NCBI GenBank assembly: GCA_964188305.1
Contig: OZ076885.1
Source of the DNA: Podarcis bocagei
Lineage: Eukaryota
Strand: one strand, 5' to 3'
Length of the DNA: 64,000 bases
Below are positions 50,079 to 64,000 of this stretch, piece after piece; position 1 is the stretch's first letter, and each line of letters opens with the position of its first letter. The position numbers were made by a program, and so were the translations under genes. The notes beneath the pieces are model-generated. The model worked only from the letters and a program-made list of their open reading frames with translations. It searched no databases and had not been told where the DNA came from.

Positions 50079-51436
50079 ATGAATCTACCACTAATGTACT
50101 GTTATTGTGCCAATGGTATGTTGCAGAAAACCACCAGTCTAGAGGGTCCCTCAAGTTCTACGTCTTTTGGTGCACATCACTTGGCATGTTCTGCAGCATG
50201 ATGTTGAAGATCATTAGCTGGACATGAGTTTGACACAAGCTTAGTCGGGATAGTGAAAGAATGGATTCCCTCGTATGTGGGAGTAGAGGACAGGAAGATC
50301 AGTCAAAATATTCTGCTCTCTTTCTCCCTATCTACTTTAGATTTGTCAGTTATTCAACTGTATAATGTTTGTTTTTAGGAAGCCCATGAAGAGATGAATA
50401 ATCCTCCTATTGCTTTCTTCCTTTTCCCCAGCCTTTTCCCCAGCTTATGATTAATTCTCCTCCTCTTAACATTTCTACCTTTTCTCATAAGAAACTAACA
50501 ATTTCCAGCTCCCAGCTATACTTCTATCTGATTAAGGTACTTAAAACATTACTGCTATTAAATCCTGTCCAGAGAATCTGTTTAATAGTTCCTTGATTCC
50601 TTGGGCTCTTGCCAGTGCCAGTTTAAATGTTACATTACTCTCTACAGAGCAGGATCCCAGCCAACCAAGGCCTTCTCTGCAACATCCTAAATCTTCCCAA
50701 AGTGCCCGCCAGCTGCCTGCAAATGGGATTAGGGTCCCTCAAAATTCTCTGAAAATCAGGACATGGTGGCTGTTACCACACGACTTAGGAGCAGTGGCTA
50801 GCTTTCTAAGCCCAGTGTAGCTGTGGAAGTTGGTGATAAAGCCAGTGCACTGACAATCACAAGTGCACTGACAATCACAATGCTTTCTGGGAGGCACAAG
50901 GATAGGACAGGGTAGAATGGAAGAGTTTGTGACATGCAATGTGTGCTTATGAGACCTTTCCTGTGTGGCATGGAAGCAAGTGTAAAAGGATGTGCAAGTG
51001 AGTCACACTTACTCACAAATGTATCTTCACACAAGACAATGGAACCATAGAATATGCACAACCCACTTGTATATATCTTGTTAGCACCTCATTTTCACAT
51101 GCAAACCCACCTTTGTGTCAGGAGGGGGGTGTCATTTGTCTGTGTCCATCTTTGTTAAAACTGTCAGGTCAAAAAGAGAGCCATTAGGCTGAGCTGAGGG
51201 GCTCCCAAAATATGTTTCAGCAAAGGGCTTGTCCTTGATTCTCATTGTTAGGCTATTCCCCCCTGAGCTCTTTTGCAGTCTTATAATGCTAAAACTTCTG
51301 CCTAGCCATGGATCCAGAATTCACTGGTTCTCAGCCTCAATGCCTTATCTGTAAAATGGGTTGATTATGACCTACATATATCTCAAGTTTGTTATGATGC
51401 AAAAGAAATTGACCATTGGCAGTGTTTAAGCATATA

Positions 51437-51692
51437 CAGTGGTACCTCAGGTTACAGATGCTTCAGGTTACAGACACTTCGGTTACAGACTCCACTAACT
51501 TAGAAATAGTACCTCGGGTTAAGAACTTTGCTTCAGGATGAGAACAGAAATCGTGGCGGCGTGGCTGCAGTGGGAGACCCCATTAACGAAAGTGGTACCT
51601 CAGGTTAAGAACAGTTAAGAACAGTTAAGAACAGTTTCAGGTTAAGAACAGACCTCCAGAACGAATTAAGTTCTTAACCCGAGGTACCACTG
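51437..51692. mobile_element. Tc1/mariner-type MITE (inverted relative to 2113)
   Basis: TA-CAGTGGTACCTC...GAGGTACCACTG-TA; internal tandem expansion of GTTAAGAACA. Confidence 0.88.
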
Positions 51693-54600
51693 TATAGTTA
51701 GGTGGGATTCACCTAAGCATAATGGGACTCTCCCCTCCCCCTGCATGCCCCCAATGCCCCTGAAATTGGCTTGGAGAAAGGGCATGCTGAGGGAGGAGAG
51801 GGGAACGCTTTTGCAGATGGAAAAATTGAAGAGCGACATTGAATTCCACCTAGGAAGTCCTGCAAAGAGGAGGCTGTCTCTTACCTCCCTAGCACAGCCC
51901 TCTGCAGCTAGAGCGATCAAGGTCTCAGGGGCTGCTTTGGAAGATGGAGGGAGGCAAGTTAAGATCCGCAGCAGAGAGCTCAAGGTCTGGCGTGTTGCCA
52001 GTCCCTGGCGGGTTCACCTGCAGTTTAATTAGGGAACGAGGGAGATGGGGCAGAGGAGAGGGAAAGGGAGGCATGTTTCAACTGGCTGGCTGCATAGCCT
52101 TTGGAGGAGTTGGGAAGGGGGAAGCAGTAGGCAGCAGCACTTGGGACATGGCAGACTCTCCCTGCACCCTGGGCAGGAAATCATCCAAGTTTTGACATTG
52201 CCGGAGGAACCGTGGAACTAACTGAGGAGCCCTCTGTTACTAGGGCACACTGCAGTCAGTTCAGATGCTGTGTATACCAAGAGGAACTCCACTGGAGAGA
52301 CGTTTTAGCAATTAGTTGTAGAGGAACAGAAAATCAGATTTACCTTTGTGTGCTCAAAACTTTATCATTTGGCAACATCTCATTATTTTGCAGGATTTAT
52401 GCAGCTATGGGTGTGTAGTTTTTCCTCTGCGTTTTTGTAGCTCTGTGGGAACTTCCAGCAGTATTATATTCTCTTGTAATTGTTGTACATTGTGTCAACA
52501 AGATGTTCACAGTATGAATTTCCTTACCTACATATTTAGCAGACAAAAGACACTTGCAAAAACAGCCTCTCCTAGAGCAGGCTGTTCATGTTGGTGAAGC
52601 TCCTTTACAGCCCATTGCAAAGTGAGGATCTGTTGGAAACGGGATGGTGGCAGATGGCCTGCTGTATTCTATGAAAGAGACATGTGCAGTGTGGTCTAAA
52701 TTCTGCTGTGCTGGCAGATGACAGTGCTATGCCTGTGCAGTTATGCCATTCATTTTGCACTTGCAATACAAAATGCAGGTGTAAGGAGCAAACATTGGGC
52801 CAAATAGGCATGAGAAGATATGTGAAGCTAAGCCCTGGTTCTGAGCGCCCTCAAAAGTTGGTTCCACCATGTTGTAGTGACACTTATGCTCTATATGCCC
52901 ACCCTGTGAAAATGTACTGGAGGATAGGATTGTGATTCATTTGGGAGCAAATCATGCACAGGAGTATACATGTAAAGGAATTCAACTTGTATATTAAGCT
53001 GCATGGCATGTATGTGATGTTGTAGCATGGGGCTACATCAGTCTGCCCCCATGTCTAGAAGGTTGCAATTACCCAAGTGAGAACTTGGTGGAGATTTTCC
53101 ACAGGCATTTGGTTGAGCACTGGGACTACAGGATGCTTGACTAGATGCGCCATTGGCCTGATCCAGCAGGTGCTTCTTGTGTTCTTAAGGGGAGCACTTT
53201 TGCACAAACAGCCAAGGCAACGACAAATATGAAAAGAGCAAATGATGACACTTGTCCTCCCTCAGAACGTTACAGGTCCTCCTGCTGCAGAGATGAACTG
53301 TTACACCCTGGCTGCATTCGGGGCTGCAGGAACAGAGCAAGGTAAGCAAGACAAGACCTTGGTCAGGAAAGTGGCACCTATGCTTCAGAGTATGACTCCT
53401 GAATATCCTATATACCCCTCTCCCTTGAGCAGCCCAAGAAGTCCTGAACACTCAAAAGCACCCAGGAGCACAAAGTCTCCCTTTGCAATGTGGCTTAAAG
53501 TGTACTGGCTTAACAGCCTGCTCTTGCTCTGAAAGGTTGTGGCTGTGTCTCCCACACAGGGCAATAATGCACTCTGCAGGCCAGGGAGTTTTTGCAGACC
53601 ACAACCCTCTTCTCTCTGTAGATCAGTTCCTGCAATGTCCCGAGAAAGGCTATAGGGAACACACCCACATTTAGTGAACACTGACCCCTCCACTCCACCC
53701 AAACACTAATGACACTTTTTTTTTGTAGAAGCCGACTTGGGGATACACGAAGCAGAACAAACTTTAGCCAGAGGCAGAGCTCCACGGCAGCTTCCTGCAC
53801 AGGATAGATGACTATTGTCTCAGGGATTGCATTATATTTCCCGAGAGGTGACATCGGGGGAACTGCTGATAGGAGAGTGGGGAGTGGGATTGGATGGCTG
53901 GCAACTTTAATGTGCCAGCTGCCCATGGACACCCAGTCACAGGAATTGCTTCTTGGCAGCTGTTGCTCCTTCTTAGATACTATCTCCACCTCTGTGGAGA
54001 TGGTCCTTCTACACTCCCAGAGGCAATGATGTTTCTGCAACCAATGCCCAGCATGCTGTGTAGACCACAAGCAAGGCCTATATCAGCAGTGACCTGCGGG
54101 GAAGTGGCTGTTCCAATGTGGGGTTTCCACCTTTTTTTCACCCCCAGACTTCCTGTCTCTTGGAAGTGGGCTGCAGACAGGATTGTAGCAGGTGCCAGAC
54201 ATACCCAGTGTGGAGGTTTAGTGGTGGGGGAAGCTGCCCTCTGCTGCTGGGCTGCCTGCCAGCCATCTAGTCCTCAAGAGGCATGGAGGTCATGCGCAAA
54301 TAAAAAAAACTGTGCTTATGAGATGTTGTCAGAACTCCCTCCGCTGTTGATGCTGCTCAATAAAAGCGATGACTGTTTCAACTGCCTGTCTCTGTTTCCT
54401 GTTGGTCAGCTGATAGGTAAGCTGCACTTCTCAGCAATTCTGTATTTCAGACATCTTCAGGATGGGACATGCAGCAGGGGGAGACAGTATGTCCTGTGCT
54501 GCAGCTCCACCTGAACATTTTGTCTCCTCTTCCCATCTAAACTTATTGTTGCCAACAGGTTGCCCAAAGATGGACTTTAGTGGCTTGTAGTCACTACGTT

Positions 54601-57600
54601 TCCATTTTAGAAGTATGAGGGACAAACTCACCCGCTTCTGTTTCCCATTGTTTTACTCTTTCCCACTGAATTTACAGCCTGTTCAAGGTACTGTCTCTTT
54701 ACCGTGCGTTGCCGCTGATGTGTTCATTCTTCCCTGTCTTTTTGTCCCCTGTTCCATTCCCTTCCAAAATGCTTGTTTCTTTCACACTGAAACCAACAGA
54801 AGTGCTTTGTGTACATCATATGTGCAACCTTTAGGACCACTGTGGGACTTGATCTCTCGTTCTAGAGGACCTGTTCATGCAGGCTTCTTGCCCCCTGAGC
54901 TACGATGTAGGGTAGCTGTTGTGAAAGGAATAACACTCCTTCCTTTTAATTCTGGCCTTGACTATTGTCCTGTCCAAAAGTGTTGTTTTTAGGGTTGTTT
55001 GCTGACTATAGCTAGAACTGTAGCCCTGAAACTAATCACACCCTCTCCTGGCGGTCACCTCAAAACTACTGTGATCTGATCACAATTCTCCCAGTGTATA
55101 ATTTTGTTCGTGAGATAACTTTTACAGGGTTTGTTTAGTAACAAATAATCATTGCAATAATCATTGCGTATCAATGTTCAGTAGTAATAATAGCAGAATG
55201 TGTCACAGTAAAACACCAACAATCCTGTATGCATTGCAATAAGTATTCCCGAAGAAGCTAATAAAGATCACTACCCTTCAGTTAACTTCCTCAGTTTCGA
55301 CATAGGTGGTTTCCACCTTGCCTTTGCTGAGAGAATGCAAAACCTCCCCCCTTCCACATTTACTTTGATATTCCCTTTTGTTTTTTGTTCAAACCACTCC
55401 ATGGCCTCTTTGATCATCGTTTGTGCAATACTGTCTGTGGCAGCCTTTGAACAACATGCTGAGCACCTATCATCCCACAACTACAGCACTTGCTCTCTGC
55501 ACTTCCTTTCCTTGGATGGGATGGAAATCCTGGTTTAATAGTTAAATAAATAACAATGTTGTGTTTGGGCTTCTGGGACTGAGAGGTCCTAGCCTACTGT
55601 TGATAGCAAATATTTATTTCCTCCTCCCAGAGCTCTTGGGAAAGACTTGCATATGGTTCAGAGAAAGTTTCCCATCCAGGCAGCTTACAGGACCAGACCT
55701 GCATAGCTTCAGTAGAGAACTGTGTCACATGCCTAGTTCAGATAATTCAATCAAAAGGAAAGGAAAATAATTCACAGCTCAAGGATGGTGGAATAGGCAG
55801 GACAGTGAATGCTGAAATTAGAAAGTTTGGACATAAACTGAAGGCCAGAAATTTAGGAAGCTGTAGCTGGGAACAGAGATAGAGAAACCCGAGAGAGGGA
55901 AGGAGGGAGCATGATGGTGGGAGCTAGGAATATTTGGATGCAGAATGAGGGCTGCTTCCAGACAGGTTTTTCTTGTATATTTATTCTGCTATGTTCCATC
56001 AATACCAGTGAGCATTTCATAGCTGCCATAATGGGGGAAAGGAAGGTCAAATTTGCTGAGTGGCCACTTAGAAAACAAGTTGTAAGCCATGATTTAAAAT
56101 AAAATCAATTTATTGAATGCTAGCAGTTTATTCATTTAAGCATGATTGCTCTTTGCTTTTTGTGAAATGTCAGAAGAAGAAAAAATGTTTGTTATGGATT
56201 GTTTTGAAGTTTCTAAGAAAGAACGCAGGTTGATAAAATGGTGGTGACCAGAAAGGGTTCTTGCCCTCTGTTTTCTAAATTAGAGTTCTAGTGCTATAGC
56301 ACTCTTTCATTTTAAGCCATAGGTGGACAACATGTGGCCCCAACCTCATTTTTGGTAGCCTCCCAATATCTCCCCCAGTTGCCGTGGTCTTCTATCCTAC
56401 TTCTGTTCCTTCTTACATTTCCTGGCTTTTTATAGTGTTTCTCCCCTTTTTTATATAGGTCTAAAGCAATTAGAAAGAACAGTATTTTATTTGCTAAAAC
56501 TAAATGTCATTACTTACTCATTTTTTGCTTGGTTGTTTGACTTGGGAAGGAACTCACTGCCCCCCCCCCCCGTCTAAAAACCTGTTGGTAGTCTAGCAAA
56601 ATGAGAAAGCAATTACTTTCACTTGCTTTCCAAAAACCCCAAAAACTGTGCTGGTCTGTTTTACTACTGAAAAAATAAACATCACCTCTGTATACTTTCT
56701 TGTGAGCAACTCCAGCAAACCCGGTGGAGCTTACCTGCATAGGTTTGGGAATTCTAATTGAGATAGCCATGATGAAAATTGAAGCAGGGTGGTCTTTGTT
56801 TTGGATTAGTCAGAAAGTTGTCTTAGCACTAGAATGGCGTTATAAAATGGTACCTGCTACAAAGGTTATAGTGAATGTGTGCTGAACTGTGATAGGTTCA
56901 CCATCTGATAATCAGATACTGCCTCAAAATACAGGCAGAAGAGCAAGAGCACTTACACTAGTCGATATTTTGCCTTCTGCTTTCAAAAGTATCTGACCTT
57001 CTGCAGTAAGAAAAAAAAGACAGAAGCAGCACTAGGGAAAACATGAGAGGATTCCAGAATGTGCGTGAACAACGCATGTCAATTTGACACTAAATCCTCA
57101 ATGAGGAAGCAACCCTGGCCTCTGGGTTGTTTCTTCTTTGGTGTCCTGTTCAGGTCATGAAGACGAGTCCATGGGGGCGGGAGGGGGGGAGGTTGCAAAG
57201 CAGCACCAAGGAGAGCTCCTAGTGAGCAACATGTTCCAACAATGTCTGAGACAGTAATGAATCCTTTCATGCCTTGGCAGTTGGGGAACCCCATGCTGGG
57301 TTCCACCTCAGCCTTGAAAAGTGGGTCGCCCTAAAGGGTCAGCTCTTGGCCTAGAGGCTTGCATTTTGCTGCCCCTATGGGAGGTCATGCCAGACTTGCT
57401 GCCTGTGTTTCCCCACAAACTCTGTGTATAGTATGAGGCCCCTGGGAGGTAAGTATGCCAGTCCTAGGCAGTGATGCAGGCTCTGGTCCAAGCTTAGGAG
57501 TTCCCAGTTAAGGGATCTCTGTCTTCTTGGTTCCAGAATCTCTGGAATCTTATGCTAGGATATCCCTGGTTCAGTGGTGGTGCTTGGTCCCAGCGCTGCC

Positions 57601-60600
57601 TTGGTAACACTATTGGTTCCTCAGCCTTTGAGGCTGTCATGATACCACACTAGCAATCACAGTTGCCCACATGGGAGAAAAGCTGGGAGCAGAGGCTGCA
57701 GACAGAAAAATCCCCTTTGACACATTAAACCTGGGGCCCTTAATGTAGTGTCTGTGGGTGCCACAGTACCCTCAGACACCTCTCTTGGAACCTGCCACAG
57801 CTTTCTGCTCTTCTTGTTTTTTAATTGAGTGGTTTTTTAATATTTACTTTGGAAGATTTGGTGAGAGGGTGCATGGTTGTTGTTTGTTGGCTAGATGTTG
57901 CCTGTTTTGGTGGGGTATAGGTGTTTTGTCTGTGGGTTTTTTGCGGGGGGGGGGGTGTTTCTAAGCATTGCCAGTTTCTGTTCTGTGAAGTGGGTATTTT
58001 GTGTTGCCCATTTTGATTTCTTAGATTTACAAATGCATCTCCGACTTCCCAAAATGTTGGGGAGCCTGCATTAAACAAACAGGTGTCATTGGGGCCTATG
58101 GAATCCTCTTGGCTGGTTCCACTGGGTCTTGCTAAAAAACTGGGGTGTTTATAGGATTGCTACCTCTCCTGGCAGATGAGTTGTCATTGCTCACTTGCAT
58201 ATATGAATAGAGCTAAATGTGTGCAAATTAAAATTCCAAGGCTTCTCATTAATGCCTGTCTAAGCCAAAACAACATACTGGATAGTTAGGAAACTGGTTA
58301 GCCTGATTTACTAGGCCAGATAGCAATCAGCTTATTGGCTGCTTCTATTGTCCTAAATAAAAGCCACCAACTCCTCATAAACACACTTAATCACAAATCT
58401 TATCTATCTGATGTGTACTTGCATACTTCATAAAACACACATACTTAATCCTTCGTGCATAGGATATTTTGTCACGGGGTGTGTGTGTGTTCATGTGTGT
58501 TACTGCTTGTAATATGAAACCTTCTCTGGCAGCAGACTTTTGAACAGAGTTTGTCTTCTCTCATTGATAAACTCAGTTCTGGAAATTCCCCTCTGCAAAG
58601 TGAAACAATGCTGGGCTATGGGGATTGCAGCCTGCAGCTTGTGCTGTGGGAGCTTGCGTGACTCCAGCGCATCTCAGAGAGTATAAACAAAGCCAAAGCC
58701 AGAAACGTGCTCTAATTATAGCTGGCAAGCTTTGCAATGGTGAGAGACTCTATGGTGCCTAAGAGTTCCCATCCTCACCTCCCCATTCAAATTGCTCGTA
58801 ACGAGGGTTTGAATGGATCTCCAAGGTCAGCTAGTACAACTCCTGGCCCCAAAGTTTGGCCTCTGGCAGCAGCCTGAGATCCAAGCAATAGTATGACACC
58901 AGAGCACAGGAGACTAAAGGACAACTACCTTAACACTGCACCCCTGTGCACTCTTTTAGCTTAGGAGTGAGGTCCATTGTGTACAGGGGAAATAATTTCT
59001 AATAAGTAAGGTAATAAGTAAGCATAGGCCTAGTCTGCCTGTTTATTTAATATATATTCTACCTTTCCCCCAAGTTGTTATAAAATACGAAGTGGTCAAA
59101 AACAATAGTTAAAAATACAACAAAACACATTTAGAACCAGCTTTAAAATATGGATTGCCCAGATAGCAGTCCAGTGGTCAACGTACTCTGCACCTAGTTT
59201 TCATAGGTTGGTTTAAACAGGAAGCTCTTTGCCTTGTCCATTGCCACAGTGGGCCTTAGTAGGATCTTCTCACCCTGGCATGGTGGTCTCTAGGGCTTTC
59301 CAGGCTCAAAGCCCAGAATGTTGGGTGGAACTCCATTCTGGAAAATGTAAGGCAGCAACTACCATGGCTGCCAAAGAGGTCTTAGCTGCAAGGTCTTGCC
59401 TTTTGCCCCCTTGAATCCTGGCAGAGGAGAGGAAAGCAGTAACTGCTCCTGTCTATCTGGGTCAGGTGGTCAGTGAAGGACTTCTTGTAGCAGAGGGAAG
59501 AGGATTGTGTTGTGGAGACTGAGGCTCAGTACACCCCAGAGCATTAACGCCCATGGGGTAGTCATAACTCAGGACAATTGACCAGTAACCTCAGCATAGT
59601 AGGAATTGTGCATCGTTCAACAGAGACTGAAGCGGGTGACAAGAGCAAGAAATTGCTACAGATTTGGACAGTGAAAGTGTGAAGATCTGACTCACCTGTA
59701 CCCCCATGTTCAGATAAGCGTGTCAGGAGGAATAAGGCAAGATCCTGTTTTCCCTGTATCTCCTTCTCCCATGCTGCCTAGTACAGACTCTATCTATAAA
59801 GTCACCAGCCTGGTCCCTGGCAGAACAAATTTTAATAGCTCACTTGATCACACAAGTGAAGTGGGCTTGGGGGTTGGGGGAATAAATTTATTCCAGTTTG
59901 CAAACTCATTCTTCCTTAATCATCTGGAGGTGAACTCTACTCACCTATTTCACAAGTGTGGCCTAATGTGATGTGAAGCAAGAGTTGTGGTACGGGAGCC
60001 AAAGAACACTCCTCTCCCAATGTGCACATATAGAGGTCTAAGAGCTAATCACCCATGGAGGCGACAGGGACTGTTTGACAAGATAGCATTCACAGGCCTT
60101 AGGCCATCAGACAAGGGGATGAACAATCAGACAGTGCTTAAGCTTTGAAGCTGAGCAGCTGTCTGAAATAAAAGGACACCAGTCCCTTATCTGTCGTCCT
60201 GAGGGGCTGGGATCAGAACTGCCGCCTCATCTTTATCAAGGAACATAGTTTGTTGTTTTCCTATGGGCCAAAAGACAGTGTGATATGGAAGATCTATGAT
60301 CAGGTCTCCAAATGCCTTTTTCTTGGTTAAAAGCAGCTGCTGGGGAGTGGGGCTGGATAAAGGGTAGGGCTGTGGCGCTGAAGAGGGGCTGGTTAACCCT
60401 TCACCTATCTCCAAAATCTCTTGCCTGAAACCTGTGTTACTTGAGGGGATAGGATTGCCAAAGGTGTAAAGTGCTGTGATTTTTGCTGTGACTTGAAAAG
60501 GCCATGCCTGTTGGAATGCCTGCTATGTGTGTCTGACAGCAGGGGGCCACAACAAGGACTGGGGAATCTATCACATTCCAGGTGTTGTTAGACTCCAACT

Positions 60601-60810
60601 CCCATCAACCCCAGCCAGTGTGGGATGAAGGGAGATGTAGCCAAGCAAAATCTGATGGGCCATCCCTTTCAGGTTTCGCCGTCCCTGGAATAAGCTCATG
60701 GGCAAGCCATTAAGCCTACACACAACTGTACTGTGCAAGTGCAATGGAGGATCTCATGTGGGTGGTGAGCATTGCAATGGCGACTAAGTGAAATGTGCTC
60801 TTTCTTGCAG

Positions 60811-61187
60811 GTTTCCGGGAAAGTGCTTTTGCCTATGCCATTGCAGCCGCAGGGGTGGTACATGCTGTCTCCAATGCATGCTCCCTGGGCAAGCTGCAGG
60901 CATGTGGCTGTGACCAGAAGCGCCGTGGAGATGAGGAAGCTTTCCGCCTCAAGCTGCACCGTCTCCAGCTGGAGGCCATGAACCGAGGCAAGGGGATGAT
61001 GCATGGAGTGCACTTGGAACACATGCCAGCTGAGGCCCCAGGCCTGCAAGACTCCTGGGAGTGGGGGGGCTGCAGCCCTGATGTGGACTATGGGGAAAAA
61101 TTTTCCAAGGACTTCTTAGATTCCCGGGAGACCTACCGAGACATCCACTCTCGCATGAGACTGCACAACAACCGTGTTGGCCGGCAG
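60811..61187 (+). CDS. WNT10A: Wnt-10a, coding exon 3 (exon 4 beyond window)
   Basis: Acceptor tttcttgcag, donor CAG|GTGAG. Encodes [29 protein letters not shown]...[17 protein letters not shown]...[11 protein letters not shown]...[11 protein letters not shown]. Confidence 0.97.
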
Positions 61188-61438
61188 GTGAGCTGAAAGT
61201 GCAGCGATGGGTTGGGTGGGGAGTTGGAGTCAAGGCTTGGAAAAAGGTTTCCGGGAGGGAGTCAATAACCCAGACAGTTCCTGATCTATAGAAATAAAAG
61301 AGGCTGATCATTCCAGCTCAGACACTCATCTACCTGGTTGGTCCAAGATGGTTTGTGCAGGGCTGGCGTAACTGAAAAATGCTGTCTGCATTTAATGTGA
61401 TGGCAACTTCTAATTCAATCAGATGCAGACTTGAGTCA

Positions 61439-61754
61439 GGGCTTATCCACACTTACCTTTTGCCCTGCTCTTTCCAGGCACAAGCCTGTGCTTAAAAGCT
61501 CTGTGTCTGAGCATTTGTTTCCTTTTTCTTTTTTTGCCCTGGAGCTTTCCCCTCACCCATAGTTTAGCATTCAATGGGAACAAACATCAGTTTGGGTTTT
61601 GGGCATATTGCTGTTTGCTCTGATTGAGCTTTAAAGAGCAGGTTTTCATGGGGAAAGCTCCATAAGGGTGGGGAGAAAGGGCGCTTGGACATGAAGATTT
61701 AAAGCGTGGACCATGCCTGGAAAGAGCGGAGGAAAGGTAAGTGTGGATAAGCCC
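61439..61754. mobile_element. PIF/Harbinger-like MITE (copy 3, best preserved)
   Basis: 22-bp TIR GGGCTTATCCACACTTACCTTT / AAAGGTAAGTGTGGATAAGCCC; 3-bp flanks TCA/TCC. Confidence 0.8.
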
Positions 61755-62448
61755 TCCCATAGTGTACTGTGCTTGCATTCTGCCAGTGCTTGATCCCTGC
61801 CTGGAGCAATCTGAGAACCAAGAGCATCAATTGTGGTTTGTTTACCAGCAGAAATGATAGCATGGTAGGGCCATTCTCATCTCTGTTTCCCTGATGCATA
61901 GCTTCTCATACTTGCATTTTAGATGAAGCAGAAGTGTGGAACATGCAAGAAAATTATGGTAATTCAAGAGATTTATTGTTCTGTTTAACTACTTAATCCA
62001 TAAGAAAAGGCCCCGTTGCTCTGCATACTCAAGTCTGATTCCAAGCTCACTGGAAAGCAAATAGAACACCCATGATTAGAAGCAGTTTACTTCTAGTCAC
62101 TGAATGCTTAGAGCAAACAGGGCATGGACTGTATTCATCTATTTGTTGACTATTTATCCCACCATGACTAGAATGACTATTATGTTATCCTTTGCTTATG
62201 AGACTGACATGGCATTTGGCTGGACACGATGTGCATGAGAATGCTAAAAGAGATGGACCATCTGTTTTCTTACACTGCTCAGTGGATTTCTGCTTTCCAT
62301 AAGAAGTGAGCATAGATCTGGCTGGCTGCAGAATTGCAGCAGCAACCTGCCCAACATAGGGATGGTTTTCATACCTTGATACCCTCATAAGTGGCACAAG
62401 GGAGCAAATTCTTAAAGTAAATAGAGAAGACCATGTTTTCACTTTTGC

Positions 62449-62660
62449 CATAAGAAGAGCCTGCTGGACCAGGCCAATGGCCCATCTGGTCTAGCATCCT
62501 GTTCTCTCAGTGGGTCACCAGATGCATGTGGGAAACCTGCAAGCAGGACCTGAGGACAAGAATACTCCATTCTTGAAGTTTCCAGCAACTGGTATTCAGA
62601 AGCATGTGGCCTCTAACACTGGAGGCAGAGCATAGCCTCCATCATGGCTAGAAGCCCTGA
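62449..62660 (-). mobile_element. LINE 3'-end-derived repeat with a (TTCTTATG)-type tail (copies also about 4760-4905, 18240-18330, 20320-20405, 53100-53190)
   Basis: cataagaagagcctgctgga.caggcc.atggcccatct.gtc.agcatcctgttctc recurs in both orientations. Confidence 0.7.
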
Positions 62661-64000
62661 ATTTGTCTAAAATTTACTAGCTAAAATGTATGCATTCCTG
62701 ACATGCACAAACTGTACAATGACCAGTTCCAGCACTATATTTTCCTGGTGTAAACTGCCTTGTGAAATGGAGCCTGTAAAGTGGCAGCTGGTGTTGCCAG
62801 AGTCAGCCCTTTGTAACATGCTTTTAAAATCCTGTCCTTGTGAACACACAAACACCGTCTCCTTGCACAAAAGTAGTTCATGATGATTAAAGCTGTTGAT
62901 CTGCTTAATGATCTGCATGCACATCTCTGAAATTGCTCTGTATTCAGAATATTTGTTGTTCACTGAGCAACCATCGAGCTGCAGGTAGTAGAGATACTAT
63001 CTGTACATGCATCTGGCAAAGTGGATTCTGGCCCATCAAAACTTACGCTACAATATATTTTAGTTTTTAAGGGGTCAAAGAATCTTTTTTTCCTGCATGG
63101 CACATACTGAGATGTAGATCAGCCAGTGCAGTAACCCCCATCTTGGAGAAGAGCATTTGTGAGGTTTTGAGAAAAGCTTGATTCAGTCAAGCACATCATT
63201 CTGCTGATTTAGGTTTGAACGCTAAAATACTGAACAGTTTGAGTGGGTGGCCACCCATGATCTGAGCTAGGTTCAAGCCTCTTTATTCCCCCACAACTAA
63301 TAGTTCTACAGGAAAATCCAGTGAGAGTTACTATTACTAATTCATTACCTGCAACTAGAAAGTGGTTTTATAATAACAAAAGATGGATGAAGAAGTTAAT
63401 TGCTAAGGGAAGAAAATGGCAATGAACATTTTCAGTGGAAGTAAGCCTAGCAAAAATTGTGCAGTCATCTCTAAGTTGTACAGCTGGGGAGGGCCAACCT
63501 TTTTCTATTCCCGTGGGAGTAATCTGTCAGACAACAGTAGAGGCAGAAGTGGGTGCAGCTACTCCCTTTCTGTCTTTTTGCCACCCACTTCTCTCCCCCC
63601 CCCCTTGTCCTTTTCCACCTGTTTTTCCCATTTGCCACTCACACGAAGTTGGGCCAAGAGTTGCAGATTCCTCACCAGCATTGTATAGGTACACCTATCT
63701 GATCTGATGCACCCATTTCTAATAACATGCAAACAGAAAAAAGAGGGATGTCTGCATGGACTTGCCCACTCCCTTGAAGAGAATGGGGAAGCCCCTTAGA
63801 GGCAGGGTGCTTCCAGGTGATAGGTTTATTGAGCATTCATTCTGATTTGTTTTCAGGGAGGTTAGATGACATTGCATCAAAGCAAGTGTTATCCCACACT
63901 TGCTTTGATGCAGTGTGACCTCACCTCCCACACTTTCCAGTGCATTATCCCATCACTTCCCTTATTTCCAAAAGTCTTATCTTTTGGCAGGTGGGTTTGT

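Noticed and set aside
53510-54992. ORFs of 125-206 aa in WNT10A intron 2
   Set aside because: No recognisable domain, coding-like composition or exon structure.
63991-64000. cttttggcag|GTGGGTTTGT as the start of WNT10A exon 4
   Set aside because: The translation (VGL) does not resemble the expected start leading to M-R-R-K-C-K-C-H-G, and there is too little sequence to judge.
1-64000. CRISPR array, rRNA gene, prokaryotic or viral insert
   Set aside because: No regularly spaced repeat-spacer structure, no rRNA-length homology and no gene-dense foreign segment seen.

Overview
Vertebrate genomic DNA, most likely a squamate and probably a lacertid lizard (inferred from a Sauria SINE, young CR1 and CAGTGGTACC-ended mariner MITEs). 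It carries the conserved tandem WNT6-WNT10A pair on the + strand. WNT6 exons 2-4 are at 10208-10428, 14461-14762 and 17143-17604, with a polyA signal at 18118; exon 1 is not visible and probably lies upstream. WNT10A exons 1-3 are at 32637-32698, 45901-46163 and 60811-61187; exon 4 lies downstream. All junctions are GT-AG and in phase. There are three CpG islands, a strong CTCF-like site between the genes, and many LINE, SINE and MITE insertions and microsatellites. Almost all other ORFs in the track look spurious. I see no evidence of a wholly new biological system. The best leads are candidate in-frame alternative exons in WNT10A intron 1, an intronic CpG island with a G-quadruplex in WNT6, a palindromic templated junction on a young CR1 insertion, and a tRNA-Lys/CR1 SINE.
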